Shown: positions 18,606 to 28,871, counted from the stretch's first letter. The stretch is 64,000 nucleotides of DNA from an uncultured Candidatus Poseidoniales archaeon (GCA_964526445.1 CAZGIY010000001.1:20363-84362); one strand, 5' to 3'. Notes: generated from the sequence alone by a model not told the origin. Translations and numbers: made by a program.

Positions 18606-19097
18606 TCAATCCTCTAGAAAATCACCAAGAGTCATTCCACGAGAAGAACCTTCTCCGACTTGTCGGTTTTCATCTGGTTTCACTTCTACCATCAATGAGA
18701 TTCCAAGTGTTCTTTCCAATTTCTTGATTAAGGTATCAGTTGGTCGCTTACCTGCCTCAGCTGCTTGAATCATGTTGAATTTTTCAGCCATTCTTCTAGC
18801 TAATTCTCGTTTATCCCAGCCCTTTTTTTCTCTTGCATCTGCAATTACCTTTGAGAAGTCATCTCGTAACTCTTTACTTCCTCTATGCATTATGTCCTTT
18901 CCTGCCTTCCCTAGGCCAGAATAACCACCATGTGAACTCGAACTTGGCGAGTTAGTGTTTCTCCGAGGAGTTGGGGTTGCAATTGTCTGTAATCCCATGG
19001 ACTCAATACAACGAATACAGGCTTCAATCGTTGCTTTACCCATCTTGACGCTGCGAATAGATGTCTTTTCCGCACCGCATAACTCACAGTTTACCAT
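18606..19097 (-). CDS. mbf1: Multiprotein-bridging factor 1 (archaeal MBF1: Zn-ribbon plus XRE HTH)
   Basis: N-terminal CELCG...CIRC zinc ribbon and C-terminal KGWDKRELARRMAEKFNMIQAAEAG HTH. Confidence 0.65.
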   Translation of the reverse strand: MVNCELCGAEKTSIRSVKMGKATIEACIRCIESMGLQTIATPTPRRNTNSPSSSSHGGYSGLGKAGKDIMHRGSKELRDDFSKVIADAREKKGWDKRELARRMAEKFNMIQAAEAGKRPTDTLIKKLERTLGISLMVEVKPDENRQVGEGSSRGMTLGDFLED

Positions 19098-19206
19098 TCA
19101 ACTCGAACAGTCGGTGTTCACCGCCACAAATGAACCCTGTTACTGTACATTTGGCAGCGCAGAGTTTGATTACTTTGAATAACAGTCGACGAACACAGGT
19201 GGGTAC

Positions 19207-20436
19207 ATGTCATCCGACGCTGGGACCCGAAAACCCCATTCTGGGACTGATGAGAATCGCTCGGAGGAGGATCTGAGGCAACTGGAGGATGACTATCGAC
19301 AATTGCACGATCAGGCCCAGAAACTGATTACTGAAAGGGTTGCATTAGAGAGTGATATCAACAAATTGAAGAAGCGTACTGCTAGACTTGATGAAGAGAT
19401 AAGATTGTTGAAGAGTCCACCATTGATTGTAGGGCATATTCAGGATGTCATCGGTGAAGAATCTGCGATTGTTCGATCATCCAATGGTACTGTATTCCAA
19501 GTTGCAGTCAACAAGAGATTACAACCCAGTGAACTCAAACCGGGAACTAGAGTTGCATTGAACCAAGATACTCTTGCAGTCACTAGCCTGTTACACGATG
19601 CTTGGGACCCTCTTGTAAGTGGAGCCGAGATGATTGAGCGACCTGAAACTGCATATGAAGAAATTGGAGGATTAGATGAGGAGATTCTCAAGTTACGTGA
19701 AGCGATTGAACTCCCTCTTGAGAAGCCTGAGGTGTTCCAAAAGGTAGGTATTGAACCGCCAAAAGGGGTTTTGTTAGTAGGGCCACCTGGGTGTGGAAAA
19801 ACAATGATTGCCAAAGCTGTTGCATCTCATACCAAGGCGACATTCATACGCATGGTTGGTAGTGAATTGGCTCAGAAATACATTGGTGAAGGTGGGCGTA
19901 TGGTGCGAGAATTGTTCTCATTGGCTAGAGATAAGAGCCCTGCGATTATATTCCTCGATGAGATTGACGCTATCGGTGCCAAGAGGTTGGATGCTGCAAC
20001 TAGTGGAGATAGAGAAGTACAGCGTACTTTGATGCAATTGCTTGCAGAATTAGATGGATTCGACGCCTTAGAATCAGTGAAGATAATTGCTGCAACCAAT
20101 AGGCCAGATATATTGGATGATGCATTGCTGAGACCCGGTAGGTTCGATAGAATAGTGGAGATTCCATTGCCGGAGGATGCTGCAAGAAAGTCCATTTTGT
20201 CGATTCATGTCTCAAAGATGTCGACCTCTAGAATTTCCATACCTAGATTGGTTGAGTTGACCAAGGGATTCAGTGGTGCTGATCTTAAGGCTACTTGCGT
20301 TGAAGCAGGAATGGCGGCAATTAGAGATGGCAGAAGCAAAGTTCTACAGAATGATTTCCAAACCGCAGTACAGACTGTAATTAAGAAGCGAGATAATAAT
20401 GCTTCATTGACCAGTGCTTCTGATCTATATGTTTGA
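19207..20436 (+). CDS. pan: Proteasome-activating nucleotidase PAN (AAA+ ATPase)
   Basis: N-terminal coiled coil, Walker A GPPGCGKT, Walker B IIFLDEIDAIG and a C-terminal HbYX (LYV) motif. Confidence 0.9.
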   Translation: MSSDAGTRKPHSGTDENRSEEDLRQLEDDYRQLHDQAQKLITERVALESDINKLKKRTARLDEEIRLLKSPPLIVGHIQDVIGEESAIVRSSNGTVFQVAVNKRLQPSELKPGTRVALNQDTLAVTSLLHDAWDPLVSGAEMIERPETAYEEIGGLDEEILKLREAIELPLEKPEVFQKVGIEPPKGVLLVGPPGCGKTMIAKAVASHTKATFIRMVGSELAQKYIGEGGRMVRELFSLARDKSPAIIFLDEIDAIGAKRLDAATSGDREVQRTLMQLLAELDGFDALESVKIIAATNRPDILDDALLRPGRFDRIVEIPLPEDAARKSILSIHVSKMSTSRISIPRLVELTKGFSGADLKATCVEAGMAAIRDGRSKVLQNDFQTAVQTVIKKRDNNASLTSASDLYV

Positions 20437-20437
20437 A

Positions 20438-22678
20438 TCAACGCACTCTTGAACCGGTTGCGATTTCACCATCGATTGTGACTAGTTTTACTCCACCAGA
20501 GCCATCATCGGCAGCCAACATCATACCTTCTGACATTACACCTCTTAGCTTGCGGGGTTTTAGATTGGCAACAAATACGACGCTACGTCCCTGCATTTCT
20601 TCTGCGCTGTAATACTCCTTAAGTCCAGCACACACGGTTCTTCCACTTTCACTTCCATCATCGATTCGAACAACATACAACTTGTCCGCATCTGGGTGGT
20701 TTTCTACGGAAGTAATCTTCCCTGTTCTCAATTCAACCTCCATGAATGTTTCAAAATCCAACCATGCTGTGCCTTCAGGTGCCTGCTTTTCCTCATTCTT
20801 CATTTTTCCACTTCCTTTCATTTTCTGCGTGGGGTCCTTGTTTTCTACATCATCATCTACCAATGACTGCTCTTGCGATAGAATCTCATCTAGTTCCAAC
20901 CTTTGGAATAGGGGTTCAGGTTTCGCCGGATTCCACAATAGTGGTGCTTGCCAATCTTTAGCACACTCCCAAAGCATGTCACAAACTTCACCATCTTCTC
21001 CTATTGATTGCCACAGTCTTTGAGCACTGAATGGCAGGAAAGGCTGACTTGCAATAGCAAGCATTCTTGCCATTCTCCAGCAGAATGCCAAAGCGGCCAA
21101 CGATTCTGCTGCTCCATCTTGGTCCCTAGATTCTTCTTTGAGATACTTCCAAGGCGCCGCACTCTGAAGTAACTGATTTCCATATTGGGAGATATTCATG
21201 ACTGCTCTGAGTGCTTCCTTGTAGCGGTGCTTATCGAGGCTATTTCCTACTGCAGCAAATAGATTCTCTGTTTTGTTTTTCCATTCTACAGAGAGACTAG
21301 CATCATCATATTGCAACAATGGGTTATCTCCCCCAGTTGGAAGTCTATGTGCAAGAGTCAGTACCCTATGTGCGAAATTCCCATGGCAACCAATTAATTC
21401 AGAATTGATCTTCTCAACGAAATCAGGCCAATTGAAATCAGAATCGTGATTCTCAGGCATATTGATTCCGAGATAGTACCTCAGGGTATCGGCATCGAAT
21501 CTCTCGAGGAAAGACGGTAACCAAACTGCATGTTTTCTGCTCTTAGAGAATTGACCACCCGCTAGCATGAGATATTCCATGGCTGGAACATCATCGGCCA
21601 GATGCAGTTGGCCTGAACTCGGAGAGCATATCTCATCGAGGTCAGTTTTTCCTGCAGCAGCATGATTGAGACCCATCAATAATGCTGGCCATATGATAGT
21701 GTGGAATGGGATGTTATCCTTACCGAGGAAATACATGTGCTTAGGGCTCGTACCATCTTCTGAGTGTTGCCACCAAGATTGCCATGCATCATCATCAGAA
21801 TACTTCTCAGCCCAAATCTGTGAACATGTCAAATAGCCTTGGACCGCTTCAAACCAAACGTAGACACACTTCCCTTGCCACTTTTCATTGTCCAGCGGAA
21901 TAGGGATGCCCCATTCTAAATCTCTAGTTATGGCTCGCGGCCTCAATCCCATCTCTAACCATTGTTTAGTCATAGCTTTGACATTGGCTTTCCAACCATG
22001 CATTCTCTGCTCTGCGAATTCTTCCAATTTTTGTTGAAATAAATCTAGGCGATAGAATAAGTGCTCCGTGTCTCGAATCTCAATGTTGGCATTTGGGTCC
22101 ATCAATGAGCGAGGCTGTAGCAATTCATGTGCCTCGTAAGTTATGCCGCAGGAGTCACATTGGTCGCCTCTAGCACCATCGCTTTCACAACCTGGACAAA
22201 CACCCTCCACGTATCTATCAGGGAGAAACCTGCCGCCCCCATCATCGCGAGTTTCGTAGTACTGTTGCATGGTTTTGGTTTCAAATAGACCGGCATCAAG
22301 CAGCGATTTGAAATTCTCTTGCACTCTACTTTTGTGAGAAAGGTCAGTAGTTCTGTTGAATAGGGCGCCTCCATGCTCTCCACCTCTGCTATCAATATGC
22401 GGTTTCCACATACAACCGAGGTCCAACAGGGCCTGATGATTAATCGAGTGGTATTCATCGACAATTTTCTGTGGCTCAACACCTTGCTGTTCTGCAGTAA
22501 CGGTGATTGGGGTGCCGTGCTCGTCAGATCCACTAACCATCAAGACCTTGTTTCCAAGAGACCTTTGATATCGGAACTGGATATCAGGGGGTAGGTAGCA
22601 ACCGGCAACATGGCCCAAGTGTAATGGCCCATTCGCGTAGGGCCAAGCGACACAAATCAACACATGTTCGTCTGCCAT
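20438..22678 (-). CDS. metG: Methionyl-tRNA synthetase with C-terminal tRNA-binding (EMAP/Trbp111-like) domain
   Basis: HLGH (HIGH) and FSKSR (KMSKS) motifs, a zinc knuckle CPGCES...CDSCG and a C-terminal OB-fold domain. Confidence 0.9.
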   Translation of the reverse strand: MADEHVLICVAWPYANGPLHLGHVAGCYLPPDIQFRYQRSLGNKVLMVSGSDEHGTPITVTAEQQGVEPQKIVDEYHSINHQALLDLGCMWKPHIDSRGGEHGGALFNRTTDLSHKSRVQENFKSLLDAGLFETKTMQQYYETRDDGGGRFLPDRYVEGVCPGCESDGARGDQCDSCGITYEAHELLQPRSLMDPNANIEIRDTEHLFYRLDLFQQKLEEFAEQRMHGWKANVKAMTKQWLEMGLRPRAITRDLEWGIPIPLDNEKWQGKCVYVWFEAVQGYLTCSQIWAEKYSDDDAWQSWWQHSEDGTSPKHMYFLGKDNIPFHTIIWPALLMGLNHAAAGKTDLDEICSPSSGQLHLADDVPAMEYLMLAGGQFSKSRKHAVWLPSFLERFDADTLRYYLGINMPENHDSDFNWPDFVEKINSELIGCHGNFAHRVLTLAHRLPTGGDNPLLQYDDASLSVEWKNKTENLFAAVGNSLDKHRYKEALRAVMNISQYGNQLLQSAAPWKYLKEESRDQDGAAESLAALAFCWRMARMLAIASQPFLPFSAQRLWQSIGEDGEVCDMLWECAKDWQAPLLWNPAKPEPLFQRLELDEILSQEQSLVDDDVENKDPTQKMKGSGKMKNEEKQAPEGTAWLDFETFMEVELRTGKITSVENHPDADKLYVVRIDDGSESGRTVCAGLKEYYSAEEMQGRSVVFVANLKPRKLRGVMSEGMMLAADDGSGGVKLVTIDGEIATGSRVR

Positions 22679-22715
22679 ACGCCCACCTTACCAGCCCTGA
22701 GCGCGATGAGATAAG

Positions 22716-23846
22716 GTGATTACTTTATCGACAACCCCTAATAACTTGAATCTCCACAGTGGCATGTCGCCTCAGCACAGGAGGGCACACCCACTGATGG
22801 TTTCGAGCCTACTGGTCATCTATGCAAGTCTTGCTTTGGGAGTATCTTTCCTATGCAGCATGTTAGAGAGTGTATTGTTGAGTATTTCTCATTCTCATAT
22901 CCAATTGATGCAGAATGATGGGAAGAAAGCAGGAAAGATTTGGTCCGGATTGAAGGAGAATGATTCTGTTAGACCACTTACGGCGATTCTCACTTTGAAT
23001 ACAATAGCCCATACCGTTGGTGCAGTGGGCGTTGGTTCGGTGGTTCACGATGAATATGGAAACGAATGGGTAACATTAGCTTCGGCAATATTGACCGTGG
23101 CAGTATTGCTGCTTTCTGAAATTCTTCCAAAGACTATCGGTTCTGCTTATTGGAAGAAATTGGCGACCCCGACAGCACACGTAACTCAGCAATTGACCTG
23201 GTTGCTTACTGTAATCGTAGTTCCAATTGAGTGGTTCCGTAAACTATTGCCTCAAGCCCAGAAAACCACAGTTACTAGGGATGAACTAGCGGTTTTGGCC
23301 GACATAGGTGAGGAGGAGGGTACAATCGAGGAGGATGAGGAGAAAGTCATCGTCAACTTGTTACGATTGGCCGAGATATCGGTAGGCGAGATTATGACTC
23401 CGCGAGTGGTAGTGACTTCATTCCCCGCAAATTACACAATTTCACAAGTACTTGATGAACATCCTGTTCTACGCGTTTCTAGGATACCTGTGTATGGAGA
23501 AAATATGGACGATCTTCAGGGTCTTGTGATACGTTCAGAGATTCTATTGGCTGCGAGCAAAAATGAGTGGGATAAGCCATTGTCGAGTATGATGAAACCT
23601 CTCGATCAAATTGATGAGAAGGAAAGTGTTGATCACGCTCTAGATGTTTTCATCAGCAAGAGACAACAGATACTTGCTGTGGTTGATGACTTTGGGGGAA
23701 CTTCTGGGATAGTCACCTTGGAAGATGCGATTGAAACATTGTTGGGAGAAGAAATAGTCGATGAGACCGATGAAGCCGAGGACATGAGAGAAGTGGCTAT
23801 GGCACAATCCAGCAATGGATCCGAGGCAAATGATTCAGAGAAGTGA
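22716..23846 (+). CDS. CNNM/HlyC-CorC-family transporter (DUF21 plus CBS pair)
   Basis: Four-TM DUF21 N-terminus followed by tandem CBS domains. Confidence 0.75.
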   Translation: MITLSTTPNNLNLHSGMSPQHRRAHPLMVSSLLVIYASLALGVSFLCSMLESVLLSISHSHIQLMQNDGKKAGKIWSGLKENDSVRPLTAILTLNTIAHTVGAVGVGSVVHDEYGNEWVTLASAILTVAVLLLSEILPKTIGSAYWKKLATPTAHVTQQLTWLLTVIVVPIEWFRKLLPQAQKTTVTRDELAVLADIGEEEGTIEEDEEKVIVNLLRLAEISVGEIMTPRVVVTSFPANYTISQVLDEHPVLRVSRIPVYGENMDDLQGLVIRSEILLAASKNEWDKPLSSMMKPLDQIDEKESVDHALDVFISKRQQILAVVDDFGGTSGIVTLEDAIETLLGEEIVDETDEAEDMREVAMAQSSNGSEANDSEK

Positions 23847-24833
23847 TCTATCTAGGTAGTCTTGCATTAGTCTTGTTCTACCCTTGTGAATACTATCTCC
23901 GCTATGGCGCAGTCCTTTGATGACATGATTTTCATGTTCAACGTGGTCAATATTCTCGAGCAGTAATTGGTGATGGCTCATCCCCAATCTTTCATCATCA
24001 TCAGCTTGAATCAACAGGGTTGGAAATTCCGGCCTCCCCCATTCTGGGATTTTGATATCTTCTCTACCAGTCAATACGATATTTGGATGAATCTTTTTCC
24101 ATGCTTTAATCATCCATCGAAATTTCAATGGCCTCAATAGAACTAGTGGGCCAGGAGTGTATTCTTTGAGAATGAGATTATAATCGGTCATTGGAGACTC
24201 TAGAATCAGGCATCTGAGTTTCTGTCGCCACCACCCTTTGAATCTCGATTGTAAACGAATTGCGATGTAACTTCCAAGACTATGTCCATGGATAGAGATA
24301 GAAGAAATCTTCTCACGAGGTAAGGAATCGAGTAGTTTTGCTGCATCTTCTGCACATTTCTGTGCTGTGAATTCAGGGTCATCTGGCGCATGTCCGTGGC
24401 CGCGTAAATCCATCGCAAGAACATGATGCCCAGTAATATCTCTGCATCTATTCAAGGAACGAGAGGAATTAGAACTCCATCCATGAAGATAAAATATCAA
24501 CGGTGCAGTATCATCTAACCATTTGGCATGAGCATGAATTGATACTCCAGCATCATTTTTTACCACTAAACTTTGCCACTCTTCATCTTCGATACAAGAA
24601 ATGCTTCTTTTTGGTGTTTGAAAGAGAATTCTAAGATACCTAATTCGAATTGACTGCAATAGCAAGTATATGCCACTGATGAACAGAAGAATTGAAGATA
24701 GCGTTGTATATGCGATGGAAAAAGGCGATTGAATGTACAATAGCAATGCCATTGTCATGACAAAAATTGCTACGGCAAAGATATATTTCTCTAAAGGAGA
24801 TTCATGTGTTGCCTTACGAGTTTGTCCAGTCAT
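23835..24833 (-). CDS. Membrane-anchored alpha/beta hydrolase
   Basis: Two N-terminal TM helices, an HGWSSNS oxyanion region, a GHSLGS nucleophile elbow and Asp/His later in the sequence. Confidence 0.6.
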   Translation of the reverse strand: MTGQTRKATHESPLEKYIFAVAIFVMTMALLLYIQSPFSIAYTTLSSILLFISGIYLLLQSIRIRYLRILFQTPKRSISCIEDEEWQSLVVKNDAGVSIHAHAKWLDDTAPLIFYLHGWSSNSSRSLNRCRDITGHHVLAMDLRGHGHAPDDPEFTAQKCAEDAAKLLDSLPREKISSISIHGHSLGSYIAIRLQSRFKGWWRQKLRCLILESPMTDYNLILKEYTPGPLVLLRPLKFRWMIKAWKKIHPNIVLTGREDIKIPEWGRPEFPTLLIQADDDERLGMSHHQLLLENIDHVEHENHVIKGLRHSGDSIHKGRTRLMQDYLDRSLL

Positions 24834-25690
24834 GAATCATCATCCGCTGCATCAGACTCAGCAGCCGCACGCTTTTCATCGATCTTAGCGATGCGCTTTG
24901 CTCCAAATTCACCAAGGCTCTCCAACCTTGCCAACCATCCAGTCTCCTTTCCACTTGGTACGTGATGAACTAGATAAGCTGCAAAGATTTTGTCCCACAT
25001 TCCTTGTCCATATTCCTTGCCTACAATTTTCTTGAAGATGTACTCAGAAAGGGGGAATGCTAAACACAAAACACAGAGAACAAGCATTGTAGCATTAAGA
25101 CCGTCGCTACTGTTGTTTCCAATACCAGTATTTACCAAGAACCAAAGTCCCATGAAGAACATAGGTGTGTTGATGTTGGTCATTATTCCATGTAGAAAGA
25201 TTGGCCTTTCACCTTTGTATGAAACAAACTTAGTACGTGAAACAAATTGTCCGATGTTTCTGCCAAATTTTGCAGGAATGAAGAATACGTTTACAATAGG
25301 TAGCAATAAACCTCCAGCAAGAAGCAAAGTCATATCTGCCATTGCACCGGAAATGATGATTGATAATACTGCAATCATAACTCCCCAGTTCCAAATGAAA
25401 TTTACTAACCACGCTGCTGCCTTGTTTGTCTTTCCCGCTGCTACAAAGTCTTTGGGGAAAACCTTCTCAGGTCTTTCTCTCCTGACCCTTTCCCTTTTCT
25501 CTCGAACCGGTTTGGGTTTAGCAGCAGGTTTTGCTTTGGCCCTTGCTGCTGGCTTGGCCTTTGCTACTGGCTTGGCCTTTGCTACTGGCTTGGCCTTTGC
25601 TACTGGCTTGGCCTTTGCTGCTGGCTTGGCTTTCGCCGCTGGTTTTTTGTCAATCTCTCCTGCCTTGTCAAGTAATCCCATATGCCTCAA
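24830..25690 (-). CDS. Membrane protein with N-terminal (KAKPxA)n histone-H1-like repeat tail
   Basis: KPAAKAKPAAKAKPVAKAKPVAKAKPVAKAKPAARAKAKPAAKPKP, then four predicted TM helices. The start overlaps the upstream gene stop and the stop overlaps the downstream hydrolase start. Confidence 0.55.
   Translation of the reverse strand: MRHMGLLDKAGEIDKKPAAKAKPAAKAKPVAKAKPVAKAKPVAKAKPAARAKAKPAAKPKPVREKRERVRRERPEKVFPKDFVAAGKTNKAAAWLVNFIWNWGVMIAVLSIIISGAMADMTLLLAGGLLLPIVNVFFIPAKFGRNIGQFVSRTKFVSYKGERPIFLHGIMTNINTPMFFMGLWFLVNTGIGNNSSDGLNATMLVLCVLCLAFPLSEYIFKKIVGKEYGQGMWDKIFAAYLVHHVPSGKETGWLARLESLGEFGAKRIAKIDEKRAAAESDAADDDS
25538..25652. repeat. 18-bp coding tandem repeat (ggcttggcctttgctact x ~6) encoding KAKPVA
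   Basis: Direct inspection. There are no spacers, so it is not CRISPR-like. Confidence 0.75.
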
Positions 25691-26784
25691 ACTCCGTATC
25701 TTGCACCTATCGCGCTATATGTCGCGAAATCTTCTGATTGCATGAATGCTTGAATTTCATCCTCGGGTAATTCAAGCAGCAACGAATCGACCATCTGGAA
25801 GAACTCGCTTCGTTGATTATCATCTGCATCTGATGGATTTCCCGCTACAGCTGCATACAAAGTGAATTCATCGCTGTGAATAAAGGAATCAGTATCTGGT
25901 AGCTTCCCCAGTAGGTTATCAATAATCGAAACGAATTCGATGAATAAATCCTCAGATTCAACCTCCTCGTGATCATCACTTTCGTCCTCTTCCAAAGATG
26001 ATAGTGGGGCTTCTCCATCAATGACTGCAGCAATAGACTTGCGTTCGGATAGTAAAGCCTCAAGTTTTGGCTTCAACTTTTTCAACTTCGATGCATGGTT
26101 CTTCTGTTTTGCTAGTTGGTATTTTGGCTTCAACTTCTTGATCTCTTGCTCAAGTGCAGATTTCTTTGAATTCAACATCTCAAGAGTTTCGTCATCAATA
26201 TCACTTGCTTCCGCATCGTCGTAATCCTCTTCTGAATTAGTGTCTTCAACCTCTTCGTCTTCTGAGGGCTCCTCGTCTGCTGGCATTGCCTCTATCTCTT
26301 CCTTTTCTTCCTCGTCTAGAAGTGTAATTGTAGGTGCATCCCTTATTTCTGCAACCTTTGAATCGTGTTCCGCTTTTCTCTTGACGATAATCTCTCGATC
26401 TAGTTGATGGCCAAAACGGTCCGCATACCTGTCCAGTAGACTACCAACTTCTCCTTCACCGAGTCTATCGATATGGCCGTAAACTTGTTTCAGAGGTTTA
26501 CTACTCCCTCTTTTCCACAATGAATCATATCCATCCTTCTTATTCTCTTTAGACATGTCAGGTGGAGCCAAACTAGAGATTTTAGGAGCTGCTGCCCCCT
26601 CTAATGCACCTCTTGGTTTTGTGGATTCAACAGGTGGAGGAGGCACGCCTTTGGAAGGTGGCGGCGGTAGTCCTTCAGTTGGAGGCGGGGGAATCGCGGC
26701 AGGAAGCGAAGGAGGTAAGGGCAGAGGAGGCAGGTCTGCCGGATTTGGAGGTGCAGCACCCTTCTTCTTCTTCTTGCGTCCCAT
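25687..26784 (-). CDS. Polyproline/acidic coiled-coil protein with C-terminal internal duplicate
   Basis: N-terminus KKKKK then PPLPLPPSLPAAIPPPPTEGLPPPPSKGVPPPPVE. Central acidic and K-rich coiled-coil (LKKLKPK). The C-terminus duplicates LP(D/E)...SEDF.(T)Y.A(V/I). Confidence 0.5.
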   Translation of the reverse strand: MGRKKKKKGAAPPNPADLPPLPLPPSLPAAIPPPPTEGLPPPPSKGVPPPPVESTKPRGALEGAAAPKISSLAPPDMSKENKKDGYDSLWKRGSSKPLKQVYGHIDRLGEGEVGSLLDRYADRFGHQLDREIIVKRKAEHDSKVAEIRDAPTITLLDEEEKEEIEAMPADEEPSEDEEVEDTNSEEDYDDAEASDIDDETLEMLNSKKSALEQEIKKLKPKYQLAKQKNHASKLKKLKPKLEALLSERKSIAAVIDGEAPLSSLEEDESDDHEEVESEDLFIEFVSIIDNLLGKLPDTDSFIHSDEFTLYAAVAGNPSDADDNQRSEFFQMVDSLLLELPEDEIQAFMQSEDFATYSAIGARYGV

Positions 26785-26972
26785 GACATCACCCTACGGG
26801 TGGACTGTGGACTCCGCGCTTCTTCTTTAACATTGACCGCGTTTGAACTTGGCGAAATTACTCTATTTGAGTAAAACCGAATTATCAAATGAGTTGTGCC
26901 CAACCCTTGAGGACGACAAATGCTGCAGCTGCCTCAGGCAACGATAATCGGTCCCCAGCCGAACCTTCGATA

Positions 26973-28091
26973 TTAGTTGATGCCATGCGAGTATTGATGT
27001 TCTCGGCAAGAATTTCTACTTCCATCATGTTGTCCTTCCTGTAGTGGGTCGAAAGGATCACTTCCATCTGGGTCCAGCCGACTCAGTGGGAAAGAAGTGA
27101 CCCTCAGTCCACATTTACCATGCAAAGAGGTAGGGTATCTGATGACTCGGTGGCAATCGACAGTAACTACTTCATCAGTCTCCCCAGCATTGCCCAAAAC
27201 TACGGCAGCATCGCTTCGTAATATATCGATAAATGCATCACGATGGAAATTAGAATCACTTTTTCGCCCACCTAGTGCATTGAGATTTCCATCTTCTAGA
27301 CTGTCCCTTCTAACTGGGTGCTTAACAAGTTCCGCTAGGTCTTTCACAACCTTTTCACCGCGCGTTGTTTTCAATCCCCTGATTTTGGCAGACCTCCTGA
27401 GTGAATCAACGTAATTTGCAATCAATGCTTTGGATTGTTCATCGTTTGATTCTCTGATAGTATCGAGTTTTCTTAGTGTGTCCCTAAGTCCATTCTTCAG
27501 TCGCCCTGCCCATCCCGAAGCATCTCTCTCCATCGATCTTGGCAATAGTGAGATGACATCTACTCCATCACCTCTAAAGTGCGAAACTAATTCCCTACGC
27601 GCCTCTCCATCAAGATGTGCCAATCCAGGATCCCTATAGTGAAGGTGAAATCCTCTATGTCCGGAGAAAGTCAAGTGCAGATATCTTTCATCAAAACCAA
27701 ATTCAGGTTCTAGAAAGTCATTCCATAATTTCCAGGCCTGTTCGCGAATCAACGTCAACATACCAGTGAAATCGGTATCTACTACACCTGGTAAGTGGTC
27801 TCCATCAAGGTCAAAGATTAAATCCGCACCTAACCATCCTTTGTCCTTCATCTTATATTCACGCGGGTCTCTCCAATATGCAGTACTGTAGAACACAGAA
27901 TGTGGGGTCCTTTCAATTAGATTCCTTTTGATACTCGATAGGTCATCGAAGCCCATATGTCTGAGGGGCCTACCCCCACCAAACGGAATCAACATCCACT
28001 CCCTAGTACGTAAGCGAGGGGGGATCCAGCCATCGAAAGATCGGTAATATTGCTCGAACCTATGAGCAAAAAGCGACCATCCCTTGACCAT
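26973..28091 (-). CDS. priS: DNA primase small (catalytic) subunit PriS
   Basis: Archaeo-eukaryotic primase fold with the LIFDLDGDH catalytic aspartates and conserved SVFYSTAYW / RGFHLHY regions. Confidence 0.8.
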   Translation of the reverse strand: MVKGWSLFAHRFEQYYRSFDGWIPPRLRTREWMLIPFGGGRPLRHMGFDDLSSIKRNLIERTPHSVFYSTAYWRDPREYKMKDKGWLGADLIFDLDGDHLPGVVDTDFTGMLTLIREQAWKLWNDFLEPEFGFDERYLHLTFSGHRGFHLHYRDPGLAHLDGEARRELVSHFRGDGVDVISLLPRSMERDASGWAGRLKNGLRDTLRKLDTIRESNDEQSKALIANYVDSLRRSAKIRGLKTTRGEKVVKDLAELVKHPVRRDSLEDGNLNALGGRKSDSNFHRDAFIDILRSDAAVVLGNAGETDEVVTVDCHRVIRYPTSLHGKCGLRVTSFPLSRLDPDGSDPFDPLQEGQHDGSRNSCREHQYSHGIN

Positions 28092-28145
28092 CTAGGTGCC
28101 TCCGGCCTTGTCCTACAGCCGAGGGGTGATGAATGACGCGGTCAT

Positions 28146-28355
28146 TTATCGGTAGAATGGGCGCTCTGTATCTTTGCCTGCAGTTGCTGAAGATACTCCA
28201 GTTATTTCCTGATAGCATTTCCAACATGCATAGTGTTCATCGATAGGAATTGATTGGCCAAAGGTCAATCTCTTACCGCACCCGTGGCAAAGAGGACCAA
28301 GCTCCCCATTAGGTGCTGCAGCCAATGGAACATGGTCATGGGGCATGCGTCTCAA
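28146..28355 (-). CDS. Small zinc-ribbon protein
   Basis: CHGCG...CWKC. Confidence 0.3.
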   Translation of the reverse strand: MRRMPHDHVPLAAAPNGELGPLCHGCGKRLTFGQSIPIDEHYACWKCYQEITGVSSATAGKDTERPFYR

Positions 28356-28402
28356 CTACCCGTTGGGGCACCGGTCTTTGAATGTGAGCATCGGCCAGAT
28401 AT

Positions 28403-28870
28403 TCATTCATCGATTAGATGATGATTTAGCAGGTCCAGTGCAACTTCACAGGATTCAGCAACTTCAATAGATGGGTCATAGAGAAAACGGTTGAGGATTT
28501 TGCGACTATTTTGATTACCTATTGCCCCCATCGCTTCTGCAGCCTCATGTCTCACCATGACATGTTCCTCGAGGTCTTCTAGTCTACTATTCAGTGCTGG
28601 TAATGCTCTCGAGTCCTGCATCTGTCCCAAGACGTATGCCAATTCATGTCTCAATAGTGCTGAAGCGCTAGAAAATCCACTACACAAAGCATCGACCGCC
28701 TCTTTTCCACCAATATTACGAAGAGCAAAAACGGATCTCATCCTCACAAACATCCTCTCAGTTTCATTATTCAAAACTTGTTTCAGAGTTTCTACATCCT
28801 TTTCCTCTGAGGGAGGAGCGGGGTCTACTGAGCCAAATTCACTGACCTCGGGAATATTTCCATCATTCAT
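28403..28870 (-). CDS. Half-size deoxyhypusine-hydroxylase-like HEAT-repeat protein (two His-Glu motifs)
   Basis: VRMRSVFALRNIGGKEAV...ALLRHELAYVLGQMQDSRALPAL...HVMVRHEAAEAMGAIGN...DPSIEVAESCEVALD. HEAT (PBS-lyase-type) repeats with paired H-E dipeptides at the positions used by DOHH for its di-iron site. Start moved to ATG 28870 to remove a 41-nt overlap with the upstream gene. Confidence 0.55.
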   Translation of the reverse strand: MNDGNIPEVSEFGSVDPAPPSEEKDVETLKQVLNNETERMFVRMRSVFALRNIGGKEAVDALCSGFSSASALLRHELAYVLGQMQDSRALPALNSRLEDLEEHVMVRHEAAEAMGAIGNQNSRKILNRFLYDPSIEVAESCEVALDLLNHHLIDE

Positions 28871-28871
28871 A

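Noticed and set aside
25531-25737. Possible CRISPR-like array of 18-bp direct repeats, plus the ORF 25531-25737 (LLLAWP repeats)
   Set aside because: The repeats are contiguous with no spacers and encode the KAKPVA tail in the long minus-strand ORF. This is not CRISPR, and the plus ORF is a shadow frame.
26555-26830. Gly-rich plus-strand ORF (GGGGTPLEGGGGSPSVGGGG)
   Set aside because: Antisense shadow of the polyproline tract (CCN vs GGN). The sense ORF is 365 aa and continues into structured sequence.
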